Positions 10,142 to 20,448 of a stretch of 64,000 nucleotides of DNA are shown piece by piece. The translations under genes and the position numbers were made by a program. The notes under the pieces are model-generated. The model worked only from the letters and a program-made list of their open reading frames with translations, was not told the origin of the DNA and ran no database searches. This stretch comes from a virus (Duplodnaviria > Caudoviricetes), in IMG/VR virus record IMGVR_UViG_3300037721_000043, positions 4,162-68,161 of that record. The stretch is one strand, 5' to 3'. Each line of letters begins with the position of its first letter. Position 1 is the first letter of the stretch.

Positions 10142-11995
10142 TTACATCAATAATGTCCAGCTGGTTACCCACACCTCTTCAAAAGAGTCATCAGCCTTCT
10201 TGAAATACATTTTCAGCCTTACATATCTACCCGAGTCCTCTGGGTTTATGTTCAGTATCCGTGATGTCTCGCCAGCTAGTTCCTTTGAACCCAATCCAGT
10301 AATTGTGTTTGATACGTACCACTGAAACGTCGACACATCCGTGTTCCGATCGTTCATGCTCAGACCCATACCCTTCAAGTTCCACTCGCTGTCAGCGGTC
10401 AGGCGGAAGTCTTGTGGCACTTTATAGCTTTGGGCTGTGCCCGGGTTGTGAGCTCCGTCATAGCTCGGGATGCTGTTCGTATCCCAGGTGATCGCCTCCC
10501 AATTAATGGCATCAATATCCGGCCGGGTGGTCGGAGTGCTGCTGTGAGTCAAAAGGCATATGAAGTACCGATACATGATATTCTCTCTCCATAATGCGAC
10601 AATGTCTCCAGCATTATACGAAATAGGCTCCCCGGCACGGTCAGTCCAGTAAGCGTACAGATCTGCCCACTGCTCAATCTGCTCAGCCTTTTTGCCAGGG
10701 AATCCGGTGTTCTTGTAATCCGGCGCCGGCATCGCGTTGTCCTGCACGTGCCCGTATGATTCGTATCCGGCATCTGTCTCCAGCAGGCTGGTTTTGGAGT
10801 TGTCCCAGGTTAGGTTTATCAGCGACACCTTATCCGGTCCATTCTTAGCGGAGATGGCATACGGGAACACCGTCTGATTGTCGATCTCGTTGTACGTGTT
10901 GTTGAATTTCCGGAAGTACAGATCTCGAAGCTCCCATTTAACCCCATGATTCATTGTGGTGTTCATGTAGACCCCTAGGCGACGTCCATCATTTATCAGT
11001 CCATTCCGGATAATAGCTGGGGCATTGTTTGGGCTGCCGATGCTCGATCCCAACAAAGAGAATCCAGAGTCAGCCCAGCCATCAATGATGAAGTTCTGCA
11101 TCATATTGTCGCCCTCATCCACCAGCCATTGGTTACACCCACCCTGGAACTCTTGAAAGGCCGCTTTCCATTTGTATGCCGCCGCGTAGGCAACGAAATT
11201 TTCACATACACCTTTCTCGGCGGATTGCAACAAATGTTGCAGCTGGATTGCCTCAGTAGCGGTCTGGGCACAAACAATGTCTTTTATCCGAACTTCCTTA
11301 AACTTAGCAAATGGGCTACCTAAGGTTTGACCAACATAGAATCCTTCGCCATTGATAGAGTCATGCAGGTATAGCTGCCGGGCATCAAACTTATCCAGGG
11401 TCACATTGGCGTTGCCTGGCAGGATGCGTAGCGAACAATATCCGTGCTCAATCTCAATGCCCCGCAAGCTGATGGATTTCATTCCTGAGGGGCCGCTGAT
11501 CATCAACTGAAATGGCTCTTCCGAAAGCCTTGTGCCTCCAGAGATGAAGAATCCAAACTTCCCGGCCATGCCGCCGCTCCACGGGTACTTCATGCCTGGA
11601 TGGTTCTCTGTAGCGCCGTTTATGGAAAGGTTAGGGATGTCTGCCAGAAGCCACATACGGGCAGTATTTGATGCGCTACTCATCGACATCTCTACCTGCC
11701 CCCTCAGCGGACGGAAGGTAATCGGGTTGTCAGCATCACTTACCCCTGACCAAATAACATTATTATTGTGGGTCTCGACTGCGAACAGCGGGGGCAACAC
11801 TCCCATATCAAACCATATGCGCCCACCGAACCGTATACCGGACATCTTGGAAGCTAGATTGTTGATGTATATCTGACCCTTTCCACTAGCGGTGGAGAAT
11901 GGGGTGTCGATTATGTAATCCCCAGCCTGCAGCTCGCCGTTGGTGTCGGTTGCGAAATTAGCCTGATCAAGAAGTGTTGCCAGCCTGTCTGCCAT
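10142..11995 (-). CDS. Right-handed beta-helix (pectin lyase-like) protein with CBM-like and Ig-like C-terminal modules
   Basis: Repeating I-x-I-x-N/D beta-helix pattern; YNAGDIV...YFICLLTHSS...P...W module; C-terminal FQWY...GET...D.G.YVR. Confidence 0.6.
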   Translation of the reverse strand: MADRLATLLDQANFATDTNGELQAGDYIIDTPFSTASGKGQIYINNLASKMSGIRFGGRIWFDMGVLPPLFAVETHNNNVIWSGVSDADNPITFRPLRGQVEMSMSSASNTARMWLLADIPNLSINGATENHPGMKYPWSGGMAGKFGFFISGGTRLSEEPFQLMISGPSGMKSISLRGIEIEHGYCSLRILPGNANVTLDKFDARQLYLHDSINGEGFYVGQTLGSPFAKFKEVRIKDIVCAQTATEAIQLQHLLQSAEKGVCENFVAYAAAYKWKAAFQEFQGGCNQWLVDEGDNMMQNFIIDGWADSGFSLLGSSIGSPNNAPAIIRNGLINDGRRLGVYMNTTMNHGVKWELRDLYFRKFNNTYNEIDNQTVFPYAISAKNGPDKVSLINLTWDNSKTSLLETDAGYESYGHVQDNAMPAPDYKNTGFPGKKAEQIEQWADLYAYWTDRAGEPISYNAGDIVALWRENIMYRYFICLLTHSSTPTTRPDIDAINWEAITWDTNSIPSYDGAHNPGTAQSYKVPQDFRLTADSEWNLKGMGLSMNDRNTDVSTFQWYVSNTITGLGSKELAGETSRILNINPEDSGRYVRLKMYFKKADDSFEEVWVTSWTLLM

Positions 11996-12882
11996 TATTC
12001 TTTGGTTACCGGAAATTTGTACTTCGCCCCGCTTTCGGTGACGATGTGAGCTTCGCCTTTGAATATGAAGCCCGTGGTAAATCCGTCGACGATCTCTACT
12101 GGAGGCTCAGGATCTGTCGGAGGATTCGGTTGCTTCGATTTACTGTGCGCCAGCAGCCATTCGAACCAGGTGGGCTCTCCAACTTTCCACTCCCTCAATT
12201 TTGCTCCTTCAAAGGTTGTGATAAGTTTACCGTCCTTGGTCATTTCAGCCTTAGCTTCACCAGCGGCGTTGTAGACGTAATCCCATGCCGAGTGGCCAAT
12301 GTCATCATACACTATCAACTCAAATCTCTTAGGGTCCAGTTTTTGTCCGGCAGCAATGAATCTAGCCGAGGCGCCAACCATATTCGCACCACCATCATTC
12401 TCGCCGGCATGGGCCTGGATGTACTGGTCGTTGTCAATAATGCGCTTCACATTCGGTATGGCGCTGTCCAGGTTTGTGGCCATAGGCGTAAATGTGCTGT
12501 ATGTCTTGTATATGTCAGATCCTTCATTAATGAAGTCCCTTATCATATATCCACCAGACGATAAGCCGGCCATGTGTTTGCTGCCCTGATCAATCGTCTG
12601 GTAGTGCTTATCGGCCCAAACCGCGAAAGGAGATGCCTTGCCCCAGCCATTAGCATCTTGTGGCACCAGCACCAAGAACGGAACATCGTTCTTCCGAAGC
12701 CATAAAACAATGTTCCTCTGAAGGCGGTCCAGTCCACTGTCCGTACCTGATCCTGTTTCGCCCAATCCATGCCACCATGTGAGCATGGGAAATTTCTTAG
12801 TCCCGTCGTATCCCACCGGCAGGAACTCGACATAACCATTTGGGTTTCCCCGCTGGCCTTTTACCACTTCCGTTTCTTTCAT
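11995..12882 (-). CDS. Alpha/beta hydrolase (esterase/peptidase-like)
   Basis: GY.EFLP.GY...KFPML..WHG.GE, nucleophile elbow GLSSGG, GENDG and IGHSAW suggest a Ser-Asp-His triad. Confidence 0.75.
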   Translation of the reverse strand: MKETEVVKGQRGNPNGYVEFLPVGYDGTKKFPMLTWWHGLGETGSGTDSGLDRLQRNIVLWLRKNDVPFLVLVPQDANGWGKASPFAVWADKHYQTIDQGSKHMAGLSSGGYMIRDFINEGSDIYKTYSTFTPMATNLDSAIPNVKRIIDNDQYIQAHAGENDGGANMVGASARFIAAGQKLDPKRFELIVYDDIGHSAWDYVYNAAGEAKAEMTKDGKLITTFEGAKLREWKVGEPTWFEWLLAHSKSKQPNPPTDPEPPVEIVDGFTTGFIFKGEAHIVTESGAKYKFPVTKE

Positions 12883-12898
12883 TTTATGTTTTGTTTAG

Positions 12899-14005
12899 TT
12901 AATCCCAAGGTGCATTAGCAGCAAACCAGCTCCACATGTCCGCTTGCTGTTCTGATGTAAGCTCTACTGATTTTACAAAAATATGGCTGATGTAAGCATC
13001 CGCGAATGTACCTGTACCAGAGTTATTGGCCCCTATCCGTCCGTTGTTTACACCTATCGCGAAGGTTACCGCGGGAACAGCGTTATTCACAAACTCACCA
13101 TTGTTCAGGTTTATCTTACTGGTATTTGATGTGCCACTGATCACGAACCGGAATACTCCCCATTGATTCGTCGGAAATGTGTAGCCTGTATTTCCGCCGG
13201 ATAGATATACACCGCCGGTATTACGTACCTCAATCAAATGATCCGTGCTAAAGCTCATCATTCGCTGCCACCCTGGTATCTGTGTTTTCAGCTTAGCCCT
13301 TACCCATATCTCAACCGGCATGCCGTACTGAGGGTTAGGCAAGTCCAAAACAAGCTCCCGTGACAATGAGTTTGTGAACTCAGCGGCATCCTGTGAACCG
13401 TTATAAGTAGGCATTGGATCACTACCGTTCCTTGTGCTGTTGGCCCCGCCGAGAGTGCCTTCATTCAGCCAGTATTGATTTGTTGATATGTCAACAACGC
13501 CAGACGGTCGATGCGCGGTAAACCACGTCAAATTTGTGATCGGGTTGAATACGTTGTCAGCAATGGCTGGTGTGTAAATAGATGTTACCGGATCGCCTTG
13601 ATTATTGATGCCCCCGATTTGAACGGGCGTCACAATACATCGCAGATACTTGCCAACATCTGCATCTACCAGAATGTGTGTGGCTCCGGTAGCCCCAGAT
13701 ATTGCCGACCCAGATGACCGAATATTATCGGCCCGATACCATTGGTACAAATGGACGCCTTCTGCATATGATGATGCGGAGAAGAATCCATCTGTTACAA
13801 CTGTTAATGTTTCGCCCTTAATGGTTGTGCCTAAAATGGACACATAATCAATGTATGGGGCTTTACATTGTTCTGGCTGTCCAACATCAAATGAAACCTC
13901 AAGCGTATACTGCGTTTGGTTCATCAAAACATTTTCAATAAAGGGGTCGACCGGAGTCCCACCACCCTGAAAAAATCTCGAACTCTGTATTACCCCTATA
14001 AACAT
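12899..14005 (-). CDS. Tail appendage protein: Ig-like plus LamG/ConA-like domains
   Basis: YQWYR...ISGAT...L.DAD.GKY.RC.VTP (Ig-like); C-terminal IG....F....ISHIF...LT.EQ...W (LamG-like). Confidence 0.6.
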   Translation of the reverse strand: MFIGVIQSSRFFQGGGTPVDPFIENVLMNQTQYTLEVSFDVGQPEQCKAPYIDYVSILGTTIKGETLTVVTDGFFSASSYAEGVHLYQWYRADNIRSSGSAISGATGATHILVDADVGKYLRCIVTPVQIGGINNQGDPVTSIYTPAIADNVFNPITNLTWFTAHRPSGVVDISTNQYWLNEGTLGGANSTRNGSDPMPTYNGSQDAAEFTNSLSRELVLDLPNPQYGMPVEIWVRAKLKTQIPGWQRMMSFSTDHLIEVRNTGGVYLSGGNTGYTFPTNQWGVFRFVISGTSNTSKINLNNGEFVNNAVPAVTFAIGVNNGRIGANNSGTGTFADAYISHIFVKSVELTSEQQADMWSWFAANAPWD

Positions 14006-14019
14006 ATTAACACACGTTT

Positions 14020-15639
14020 TTAAGAAGTCCAGGCCGCTGCTCCAGTATTAAGTCGTGTTATTACATTCTGCCAATTAACAGAAGGATCTCCAGCCACTGC
14101 ATACTCGACATCACAGTTCATGTACTCTAATGGCGCGTCCAGTGATGTTCTTGCTCCTATGCCACCACCATCAAGGCCAGGTCCAGTGGATGCCACCGCG
14201 GATGTCTGATCAATGGTGATATTTTTTATGAATCCAGAAACTCCAGAGGCAGTTCGTATGAGGCCATAGAATGTATTCGGGTCTAGGTCGCCTTCTGCGG
14301 CAAACGTAGTGTCTGTTTGTGTGGCCGCTCGCCACAGAACGCCACCGCCGCTGGCCGTTGACCGTTGACGGACAGACCTGCTGCCTATTGACGCGCCGCT
14401 CGCCGACCCACCACCAAATAATGCCGCTGCTACTCCTGTTGATCTATTGGCAACAAGTTTAACCCCTTGGAAAAAATTATCCTGAGAAGCATATGATATA
14501 TCATTTGTGCCATATTTAATTTTGTAATTAAATGAAGCGATCTTACCGTTAGATGCCAGTCCGTCAAAGGTGATAAACTGATTAGCCGTAAATCCAAACG
14601 GGTTGCTGTTTTGCGCTCCCCTATCAACGATTGATGTCTGACCTCTAAGGTCAGCGAAAAAGTTTCTTCTATCCGATGATTTAAACCAGTGGATAAGGTC
14701 TAACAGATACCAATCATTCAGCCCAATTCCAGCAATAATAGCTTCCATCACTGCTAAGTTGGCAGGAGACATATCCACAAACTGGCAGCATGCTATATAT
14801 CTAGCCTCTTTTGTTAAAGAAGAGTTTATATACCATCTTGCCCACTGTCCGCCCCAGTTGATATTGCCATCATCATTCAAGTGTACGTTATTAGTCTGGT
14901 TGTAGCCATTCTGGGACAGACTGGCCATAGTCGGGCCTTTAAACACTCTTGTGTTATTCTTAACAAGTTGGTCAAGAATTTTACGTATCGTCAACTGCCG
15001 GACACCAGATATATTGTTAGGGTCTGTTATAATTGCTGTATTATTCAGGTAGCCTGTTGGAGCCCAGACAATATCTACTCCAGGGAAGTCAGCTAATAAT
15101 CGCGTGATCAAAGACTGCATTCCAGTGGCCACGTCAGTGAGCGCGCTAGACGCCTGGCAATCATTAGTGCCGAGTCCAATATAAATTGCTTTTGGTTTTG
15201 TTACCCCGGCAGCTGCCATGGCTGCGGTTATGCGGCTGACAAAAGTTGAGTACAGCGTTCCGCTTGTATACCAAGTATTAGTTGGCTGGCCAGGATCTGG
15301 CCACGCTGTTGAGTTCCCAACCGCCGCATTTACAATGATTGTTTTTTTACCAGTAGATGTGAACACCGCATTCCCGTATGGTATCCATGGAGCACCATTT
15401 GTCTCCCCTAACATATGACTACCGACAACCATCTGAATTTGAGACGCCCCAGAATTCCATTGGAATACAGCTCCTGATATAGCATTTGGGAGGGTTGTTC
15501 CTGGAGATGAGACCCCTAGCATGTGCGACTCTCCTAGAACACCAATAACTTGCTGGTTATCTGCATTGGTGTCATCAGACGATCCGCCGCCAGTAGCCTT
15601 ATTACCTTGTATAGCAGAGTATATCAATCCTGTAAACAT
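14020..15639 (-). CDS. Tail appendage protein with SGNH/sialate O-acetylesterase-like domain
   Basis: SGNH blocks: LGESHM, NAAVGNS, GLGTND, NNVHLN. Confidence 0.7.
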   Translation of the reverse strand: MFTGLIYSAIQGNKATGGGSSDDTNADNQQVIGVLGESHMLGVSSPGTTLPNAISGAVFQWNSGASQIQMVVGSHMLGETNGAPWIPYGNAVFTSTGKKTIIVNAAVGNSTAWPDPGQPTNTWYTSGTLYSTFVSRITAAMAAAGVTKPKAIYIGLGTNDCQASSALTDVATGMQSLITRLLADFPGVDIVWAPTGYLNNTAIITDPNNISGVRQLTIRKILDQLVKNNTRVFKGPTMASLSQNGYNQTNNVHLNDDGNINWGGQWARWYINSSLTKEARYIACCQFVDMSPANLAVMEAIIAGIGLNDWYLLDLIHWFKSSDRRNFFADLRGQTSIVDRGAQNSNPFGFTANQFITFDGLASNGKIASFNYKIKYGTNDISYASQDNFFQGVKLVANRSTGVAAALFGGGSASGASIGSRSVRQRSTASGGGVLWRAATQTDTTFAAEGDLDPNTFYGLIRTASGVSGFIKNITIDQTSAVASTGPGLDGGGIGARTSLDAPLEYMNCDVEYAVAGDPSVNWQNVITRLNTGAAAWTS

Positions 15640-15648
15640 AAAATAGTG

Positions 15649-18600
15649 TTAAGGTAATGTTGTTCCTAAATCAGTGGCTGCATTAAAGGCCCCTGAATTA
15701 TCTATGGTTATCCTCCAGTAATGCGCATCAGGGCTTTTCCAAACAAACCCTTTCGTACTATCATCAACAACTACATCACTTGTAGATAGTACATGCCTAT
15801 TTCTTGGATCAAGAGTTATGATGCCATCCACACCGGTACCTGCTATTCTTCTCTGTCCTGACTGAATAAGAACGCTTCCGCCATTACCGTTTCCAGATCC
15901 AGTAAAGGCATCTCCAGCAATAAAATTGGAGTTCGATGCGGATACTGTTCCGGCTGTTCCGTCGCCAGAGCCAAAAGTTGAGGCGGTGGAACCATCGCCA
16001 CCCTTAACTACAATACCAGCATTGCCAGTGCTTGTGATTGTGTTGCTTGAAAATGTTACGTAGTTGTTGTTTGCGTTATTTCGAATTATCGTGGTTCCGT
16101 CGTTATCTATAACGATATATGCCCCCGTGGTCTGATCGAACGCCTCTAATTGCAGCGGTATAGAAGAAATGCCTGATCGTACCTTCGCTGCTCCATTGCC
16201 TAAGCTTCCTATAGTAACAAGACCTGTGCCTTTAGCGATCAGGCCTAAGTTGGCATTCGTCGATGATGACGCAACATCAATAATCTTGTCACCGGATACA
16301 GCGGCATTGCCAATTCGGACAGTGTCAGCAATGAGCCTGTTGTTCGTTGCGTCATATTCAAACCCAGCCTCATCCGTGATTGTTGTGGAGGAGTTAGCAT
16401 ACGGGACTCGGCCCGCAGTGAGACCCGATATACTTCCGCCGCCGCCTTGCTGATCCAACTGGAAGCGAGCACCGGTACTGTCAGTCCAATAGATGTGGGT
16501 ATTCGTTGTTTCAATAGCCCCACTTTCCGGTGTAGTTAATAAGGTACCACCAGCTGTAATCTTCAATGGCGCCGTATTGGCTGTAGCTGTCCCGGCCGGC
16601 AAATGAACCATGGCAGTAGGGGACATAACTGCTCCAAGACCCCATTTTTGAGCCGCTGTTATGATCCCAGCATCTATGCTGTTATTCGTTCTAAAGGCAA
16701 TGGTACCACCGGTTCGTCTAGTCAGGAACAGCATACGATCAGCACCGGCACCGGAGACAGCAGTGCCTCCTATATTTATCTCAGCTATTTGGTTAGTCTG
16801 ATTATAGAATGTAAGTTGCCCGGTTGATGTGCTTGACTCCCATCTAAATCTACCGATCTCTCCAGATGTACCATGCCTAACCTCTAATATGGTAGTTGTA
16901 GCAGGAGTCAATGTCCCGATACCAACCCTACCAGAAGCTATAGACAAGCCTATATGCTCGATTGGATTTACTCCGGAGACAGTAGGATTGTAAACGATGC
17001 CTCTAACGGTGTTACCGGTGAAGGTACTAATCGCAATAGTGGGATTTATCTCAAGACACGTTATAGTCTGTGTGTTAGCGCCAGATGTGATAGTGCCCGA
17101 GTTATAGTAATTCGTGTACGCGTCAGAAGTTATATCTCGCAGAGTAACGGTAGGAGCTATGCTTGAATAATATTGACCGTTAGCAGAAGTTGTAAACGTG
17201 CCGGCAAAGTTTAACTGATTAGCTACGTTACTGTTTATAGTAACCGCTCCAGTTAATGTTGATGTGCCATTTAATGCCCACCAAACCTGAGAGGAGCTAC
17301 CAGTGCCTCCATTTGCCATCGGTAGAATTCCAGAGACGCCATTCGTTAGGTCTACCTGTGACCAGGCCGGGCTATTGCTTGCCCCGGTATTACTTAGATA
17401 CCTTGTTGCGGATGTGCTTTTAGTAAGCGCCGATATTGTGTTTGTTGCCGATCCGTAAATTATATCACCTTGCGCAACCGATGCTAATCCGGTACCACCC
17501 CTGGTTACTGCCAGCTGGCCAGTCCATCCGGCAGTAATTGACACTGCCCTGAGTAGAGATGTGGCTGGAGTTCCGCCAAGAGTCAAGGTCACATTTGTGT
17601 CATCTACCTCCGTTAATGCCGCCGCTCCTGTTATTGAGGTAGCTGCCGGAGTTACTGTAACGTTGACCACATCTGTGATAAGGCCCTTCCCGTTAACAAT
17701 AAATTGTGCCACTTGGGTAGCATTTCCGAACGTGCCTACATCACTGTTCACTGTAGCCAGCGCAGTCGTTATGCCTGTCGCGCCGCTGCCGGTGACGTCA
17801 CCCGTAAGAGTAATCGTTTGGTTCCCGGATATGTAGGTAGGGCTGAAGTACTCCAGTGCAGTAGAACCAGCATTAACGCGCAGGAGCTGATTGGCTGTGC
17901 CGAGTGCTGTCAGGCCTGTACCACCTTTGCTTATGCCGATAGTGGTGGCATTCCATGTGCCGGTCGCAACAGTACCGAGAGTTGTAATTGAGGTTTGTCC
18001 GACATAGGTTGCGGCAATATCTACAGTAGGATCAGTGCTGGTGCCTCCTATTGTGATCCGGTTGGTTGTGCCGCCGACAGAGTTTACGGCACCGCCTCCA
18101 GAACCACCAGCGCCAAGAGCACCAAATCCATACCAGTCATTAGTCCCTTTGTATGTCCATGTTGCCGCGGTATTCTCATTTTGGATGTCGGTATCTCCAT
18201 TAATTGTATGGAGAACAGAGGTTCCGTCATCAATATGGTTTATGACTCCGGCGCCTTCTGCCCGAGCGGAGGTGAAGCTGAAATCGGCAGTGAGACCAGA
18301 AGGGATCGTGACGGTACATCCAGCGACGTTGGTGAAATAGATCAAATACCCATCATCACCAGCTACTACGGTATATGTTGTTCCTGTTTCTTCCTTCTGT
18401 TGAAATGACGTTCCTCCACCACCAGTAGCATTCAAGGTTGTGCCTGTAATAGACAGGTTAGACCCTACAGTAAGCCATGTTACAGCCCCGGCGCTGTCAT
18501 CCCAGAACATTATCCGGTCAGCCCCTGGATCAGTCAGCGATGCTCCTGTGCCACCATCAGCCAGGGATACATCAGTTCCACCTATTCTGTAGATGTATTG

Positions 18601-20448
18601 ACCGCCAATCGTAACAGCAGCAGCCAGGTCCATTGTAGGAGTGTTGCCAGCTGTAAGTGTAGCAAATGTTGTGTAAGCGGTGCCATCAACATCGTATGCC
18701 TGTAGGAGCAGCGTATTAGCGGCCGTTGTCCCAGTCCGAATCGCGCCGGCAGTCTTAATGGTGAGGTTGGTGACAGCGGATATGTTGTCGCTGTTATCGA
18801 TGACAATACCTGATCCTTTTATGGACGTACCTCCTGTATCATTCCATCGAACAATGGTGTTTACAGCCGTAGGTGACACACCAGATACGTTGCCAGGAGG
18901 AGTTGGGTCTTGCCATTGAGGAGTACTGCCAACTAGCGTAAGAACCTGGCCGGTAATACCAGGGGCTAATTCAGTCGCTAGGTTACCAGCGTCACCGACC
19001 CACATGGCATTATAGGCAAGTGATCTGCTCTGTTTGTTATTCAGTTGGCCTTGAATATTACCAGATGCGCCAGTCAGATAGTTTAATTGTGTCGATCCGA
19101 CAGTCAATCCAATAAGCTGATTGAGCTCCACCGCACTTACCGATATATCGGTAATATCCGACACGACGAGGGTATGCCACTCGGTATTATAGTCGCTACC
19201 GTCTATTTTTCTCAGGTACTGAGATGCTGTGCCGCCAGCAGGTATCCCGTTAGCGGTAGGAGATCCCCAGTATACTGTCGATCCATTGGATGTCAACACC
19301 TCGCCATTGGCGCCGATGCCAAAATTTACCCAGTTAGAGCCATTGTATGTGATGACGTCACCAGCGGCAAGCGCGGTGATACTCACCGACAGCTTGCTGT
19401 TCAACTGAGTCTGTACCGATGAGGTTACATCCAGAAACTCAAGTGTCGCAGCCGTTACAAAACTCGCGATTGGAATTCCATTCGTATCCGATATTAAGAC
19501 TTGCCCCGGGGGAATAGCGGAAGCATCCGTCATAACCCCGATCGAGCTGTTTACTACAAGACTGTTTGCGGCTCCATTGGCTAATTTCGACCTGGTTATC
19601 GCAGCTGTTGCATTGACATCAGCGTCGACGATGGCGCCAGCTGTTATTGAGAATACTCCTGAAGTGTTAAAAGTGACGTCTCCCGTAGGAATGAATGGAG
19701 TCGCTACGTTTGCTACACCAACCCAAAACTGGCCGGTCGGCAACGCATTCGACATCTTTCCATCAAGCTGAGTCTGAATAGGGCTGGTGACCCCATCAAC
19801 ATAATTCAACTCAGTGGTAGACAGTGTGGCGCCGTCAAGGATATTAACCTCTGCGGCATTGGCTGTGATATCCGATATCTTCGCCAGGTTCAGCGTGTCC
19901 CAAACGACATCATACGATGTGTTCGAGTTTTTACGGAGGTATTGATTAGTTGTTCCGCCGGATGGTAGCCCATTGCCTGAGTTAGCGCTCCATATGAGTC
20001 CTGTTGGGCTGGATGTAAGGACCGTTCCAGGAGGCCCCATCGGGAAGTTGGTCCACACCGGTCCATTATGGCCGATCAGGTCCCCCAGATTGCCTGGCAC
20101 AAGGTCGAAATTGAATCCACCATCACCGAAGTTGAACTGGTACGTGGTGAGAGGCATCGGAAATATCGGAAGTTTCGGGAGCTCCGCTACCTCACGAAGG
20201 CTGAATAAAAGGTCATTAATAACCTCGACATCTTGGTACTGAATACCAACAACAGCAGTTCCGGCGCCATTCAGCACAACATGCCCCATGATCGTACGGT
20301 AGAGCATGGTAAGATCGATCAGCTGACTGATGTAAGCCTGCTGCTCCGCGCTTGTGTTAAGCGAGACAATCTTTACACCGATCTCACCAATTTTTTTATA
20401 GCTTTCAGACAGTATCTTGAAAGCGTCTGGGATTAACTGCTGCTGCAT
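15649..20448 (-). CDS. Long tail fibre protein, 1599 aa
   Basis: G/T/S/A-rich with internal repeats, PV..GGTG motifs and a C-terminal KSPD..YWRITIDNSG tip motif. Confidence 0.8.
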   Translation of the reverse strand: MQQQLIPDAFKILSESYKKIGEIGVKIVSLNTSAEQQAYISQLIDLTMLYRTIMGHVVLNGAGTAVVGIQYQDVEVINDLLFSLREVAELPKLPIFPMPLTTYQFNFGDGGFNFDLVPGNLGDLIGHNGPVWTNFPMGPPGTVLTSSPTGLIWSANSGNGLPSGGTTNQYLRKNSNTSYDVVWDTLNLAKISDITANAAEVNILDGATLSTTELNYVDGVTSPIQTQLDGKMSNALPTGQFWVGVANVATPFIPTGDVTFNTSGVFSITAGAIVDADVNATAAITRSKLANGAANSLVVNSSIGVMTDASAIPPGQVLISDTNGIPIASFVTAATLEFLDVTSSVQTQLNSKLSVSITALAAGDVITYNGSNWVNFGIGANGEVLTSNGSTVYWGSPTANGIPAGGTASQYLRKIDGSDYNTEWHTLVVSDITDISVSAVELNQLIGLTVGSTQLNYLTGASGNIQGQLNNKQSRSLAYNAMWVGDAGNLATELAPGITGQVLTLVGSTPQWQDPTPPGNVSGVSPTAVNTIVRWNDTGGTSIKGSGIVIDNSDNISAVTNLTIKTAGAIRTGTTAANTLLLQAYDVDGTAYTTFATLTAGNTPTMDLAAAVTIGGQYIYRIGGTDVSLADGGTGASLTDPGADRIMFWDDSAGAVTWLTVGSNLSITGTTLNATGGGGTSFQQKEETGTTYTVVAGDDGYLIYFTNVAGCTVTIPSGLTADFSFTSARAEGAGVINHIDDGTSVLHTINGDTDIQNENTAATWTYKGTNDWYGFGALGAGGSGGGAVNSVGGTTNRITIGGTSTDPTVDIAATYVGQTSITTLGTVATGTWNATTIGISKGGTGLTALGTANQLLRVNAGSTALEYFSPTYISGNQTITLTGDVTGSGATGITTALATVNSDVGTFGNATQVAQFIVNGKGLITDVVNVTVTPAATSITGAAALTEVDDTNVTLTLGGTPATSLLRAVSITAGWTGQLAVTRGGTGLASVAQGDIIYGSATNTISALTKSTSATRYLSNTGASNSPAWSQVDLTNGVSGILPMANGGTGSSSQVWWALNGTSTLTGAVTINSNVANQLNFAGTFTTSANGQYYSSIAPTVTLRDITSDAYTNYYNSGTITSGANTQTITCLEINPTIAISTFTGNTVRGIVYNPTVSGVNPIEHIGLSIASGRVGIGTLTPATTTILEVRHGTSGEIGRFRWESSTSTGQLTFYNQTNQIAEINIGGTAVSGAGADRMLFLTRRTGGTIAFRTNNSIDAGIITAAQKWGLGAVMSPTAMVHLPAGTATANTAPLKITAGGTLLTTPESGAIETTNTHIYWTDSTGARFQLDQQGGGGSISGLTAGRVPYANSSTTITDEAGFEYDATNNRLIADTVRIGNAAVSGDKIIDVASSSTNANLGLIAKGTGLVTIGSLGNGAAKVRSGISSIPLQLEAFDQTTGAYIVIDNDGTTIIRNNANNNYVTFSSNTITSTGNAGIVVKGGDGSTASTFGSGDGTAGTVSASNSNFIAGDAFTGSGNGNGGSVLIQSGQRRIAGTGVDGIITLDPRNRHVLSTSDVVVDDSTKGFVWKSPDAHYWRITIDNSGAFNAATDLGTTLP

